DNA from: Phoronis australis | Taxonomy: Eukaryota; Animalia; Phoronida | DNA length: 64,000 nucleotides | Direction of reading: 5' to 3' | NCBI GenBank assembly: GCA_002633005.1 | Contig: NMRA01000361.1 | Span: 248,869-312,868, forward strand | Shown: positions 62,101-64,000 of the stretch, piece by piece | Layout of the letters: each line of letters opens with the position of its first letter | Numbering within the stretch: the stretch's first letter is position 1 | The notes under the pieces: generated by a model | Told to the model about the DNA's origin: nothing | The model's database searches: none | The model's input: only the letters and a program-made list of their open reading frames with translations | Translations under genes and position numbers: made by a program

Positions 62101-63880
62101 TGAAATTGTTAAAATGCCTTAAATTTTATTGAATTATTCAATTAGGAACTGGTTCGATTAGCTTGCATTGAAGACTTCTCTAAAGATTGTTCAAAGACTA
62201 CTCCAAAGATCGTTCAAAGACTTCTCTGAAGAGTGCTCAAACACTTCTTCAAAGAGTGTTCAATATTTGTGACTGAGTGTGATTAAGGACAGTTTAAACT
62301 ATGCACTGTTGATTACGTAATGTCTTACATTGTTTACAGTTGTGCGCACGCTCACGGGACACAAATCAAACATACGAAGTATAGACTTTCATCCCTATGG
62401 TGATTTCTTAGCTTCCGGATCTCTAGATACAAACGTTAAGGTAAAGTAGGCTGGCTAGTCTATCTTATCACTACCACAGTCAGTACTCATATTTTGCCTC
62501 ATTGGCATTCCTTGTATTTATGACTAGTGAAAATATGTAGGGTCACTTATTTTTGGTTATTACTGGAGTCTAGATTGTAATGCTGGCATGGAGACCAGGT
62601 TTGGAAATAAAGTCCCAGTGTCTTGATTAATGTTCAATGCTGATCTTAATACTGGATATAAGTAAATGATAAAATGTAAGAAAATATGTTTTATGAATGC
62701 AGTGATGAGTTGAGACTGAGATAATTTTATTGAAGGTAATCTGTTATGTCTCCTTGCATTTTAGTTATGGGATATTCGTAGAAAAGGATGTATATTTACC
62801 TACAAGGTAAGTTTGAGATTTTGACTTGATGGGTGAATACTGAGGAGTGATGTACCATGGAACAAATACATAATGTAGTTGTATCAATAAGTGCATCTCA
62901 ATCTATCTTACTTCTCATTTGTTTTCATTGACTATGTACTCATTTTTACGGTTGTATGAGATTGCAAATACAGCTCACTAATTTGTTACTGTTATCACCT
63001 TAATTGTATTTTAGATAAATGTTAATTACAACTATTTCATTTTCTTCCACAGTTTAGTTTCAGTCGTGTGCACTATAACCTGTTGTTGCAGGGTCATACA
63101 AATGGTGTTAATTACCTCCAATTCAGCCCTGATGGTCGATGGATAGTGGCAGCGGGAGAAGACTCTACAATAAAGGTAAACCTTTTTCTACTTTGTTATT
63201 AAAATTAAAACGCAGACAAGTTCCTCAAGGGACTGCTGCAGTCTAAGCTTGTTCATCTCTTCTGGCATTGTTTGTTCTTTGGAATATGAACATATTGTTC
63301 CCTGTTCAAGTGAGCTGAATGACAGTTTTGATGGTGTAGTTCATAATATGCAAATGACCGAAAGTTTTGTCATGGGCATTTCTAAATCCAGCGTTATTGA
63401 AACCTAATCTTTTTTTGGAAGGTGTAAAATCAGAACCTTGCAGTACATGGACATTCAATACAATCGTAAAACATCCATCACGATGCAGGTTATGACTATT
63501 TTACCAAAAGGGCAACCCCTGCATGTACTAGGGGACAGCTGGAGGTCAGCTGATCAATAATTCCCTTCACTGGGCCTTTGGCTGTCCCTTACCTCCTGAC
63601 ATTGTGGACGCTGCCTTTTCTTCTGTTTAACAAAATCATCATGAACTGTATGAATTTGTACGTTGAAGTGAACTGTTTATAATCCTTGTCAGCTATGGGA
63701 CCTGACAGCAGGCAAGCAGCTGGCAGACTTAAAGGATCACACTGGACCAGTGAACTCGTGTGAGTTCCACCCTAAAGAGTTTCTGTTAGCCACTGGCAGC
63801 TCAGACAGAACCATCAAGTTCTGGGACCTTGAAACAATGACATGCGTTAGCTCCACTGATGGGGACTCTGGCGCTATCAG
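59152..63880 (+). CDS. KATNB1: Katanin p80 WD40 regulatory subunit B1 (5' partial; continues past window end)
   Basis: Exons 59152-59185, 60040-60170, 61754-61871, 62340-62440, 62765-62806, 63092-63175, 63693-63880. [24 protein letters not shown]...[75 protein letters not shown]. Confidence 0.95.
60390..60867 (+). mobile_element. Same MITE family, 6-bp TSD GAAGCT, in KATNB1 intron 2
   Basis: gaagct|caaggcttggaat ... attccaagccctg|gaagct. Confidence 0.9.
62171..62265. repeat. ~22-bp tandem repeat x4 in a KATNB1 intron
   Basis: Variants of aagacttctctaaagattgttca. Confidence 0.8.
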
Positions 63881-64000
63881 GTAAGCACGGTCTTGTCGGG
63901 TAGTTCAAGTGGCTATAAAAATTATTTTTATATTCCCACCTATGTAAATGTGGGTGTATGTTGCTGGCACCTACCAGATTTTTTGATGGATCTTCTTGAA

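Overview
AT-rich, intron-rich eukaryotic DNA, most likely from a bilaterian invertebrate (inferred from animal-type AKTIP, KATNB1 and ZNHIT3 genes, the transposon content and CTCF-like motifs). Seven spliced genes were reconstructed by hand from splice sites with consistent intron phases. (1) A 9-exon hybrid-cluster protein (hcp/prismane; 645 aa) with a separate first exon that reads like a mitochondrial presequence. (2) A small two-EF-hand protein with a GC-AG intron. (3) A 19-exon minus-strand 787-aa protein fusing a degenerate Nudix-like domain, an EF-hand-like region and a PPP-family phosphatase. (4) ZNHIT3, head-to-head with gene 3. (5) AKTIP/FTS. (6) A C8orf82 (UPF0598) homologue. (7) The 5' part of KATNB1, head-to-head with gene 6. 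Non-coding DNA holds several MITE families with readable target-site duplications, a Helentron/HINE-like element whose tandem units each carry a CTCF-like motif, a tRNA-headed element with a minimal hammerhead ribozyme, and tandem repeats. The top candidate novelty is a fully intron-domesticated, probably mitochondrial Fe-S hybrid-cluster enzyme (a microbial NO/hydroxylamine-reductase family) in an animal. All family assignments come from recalled motifs; no searches were run.
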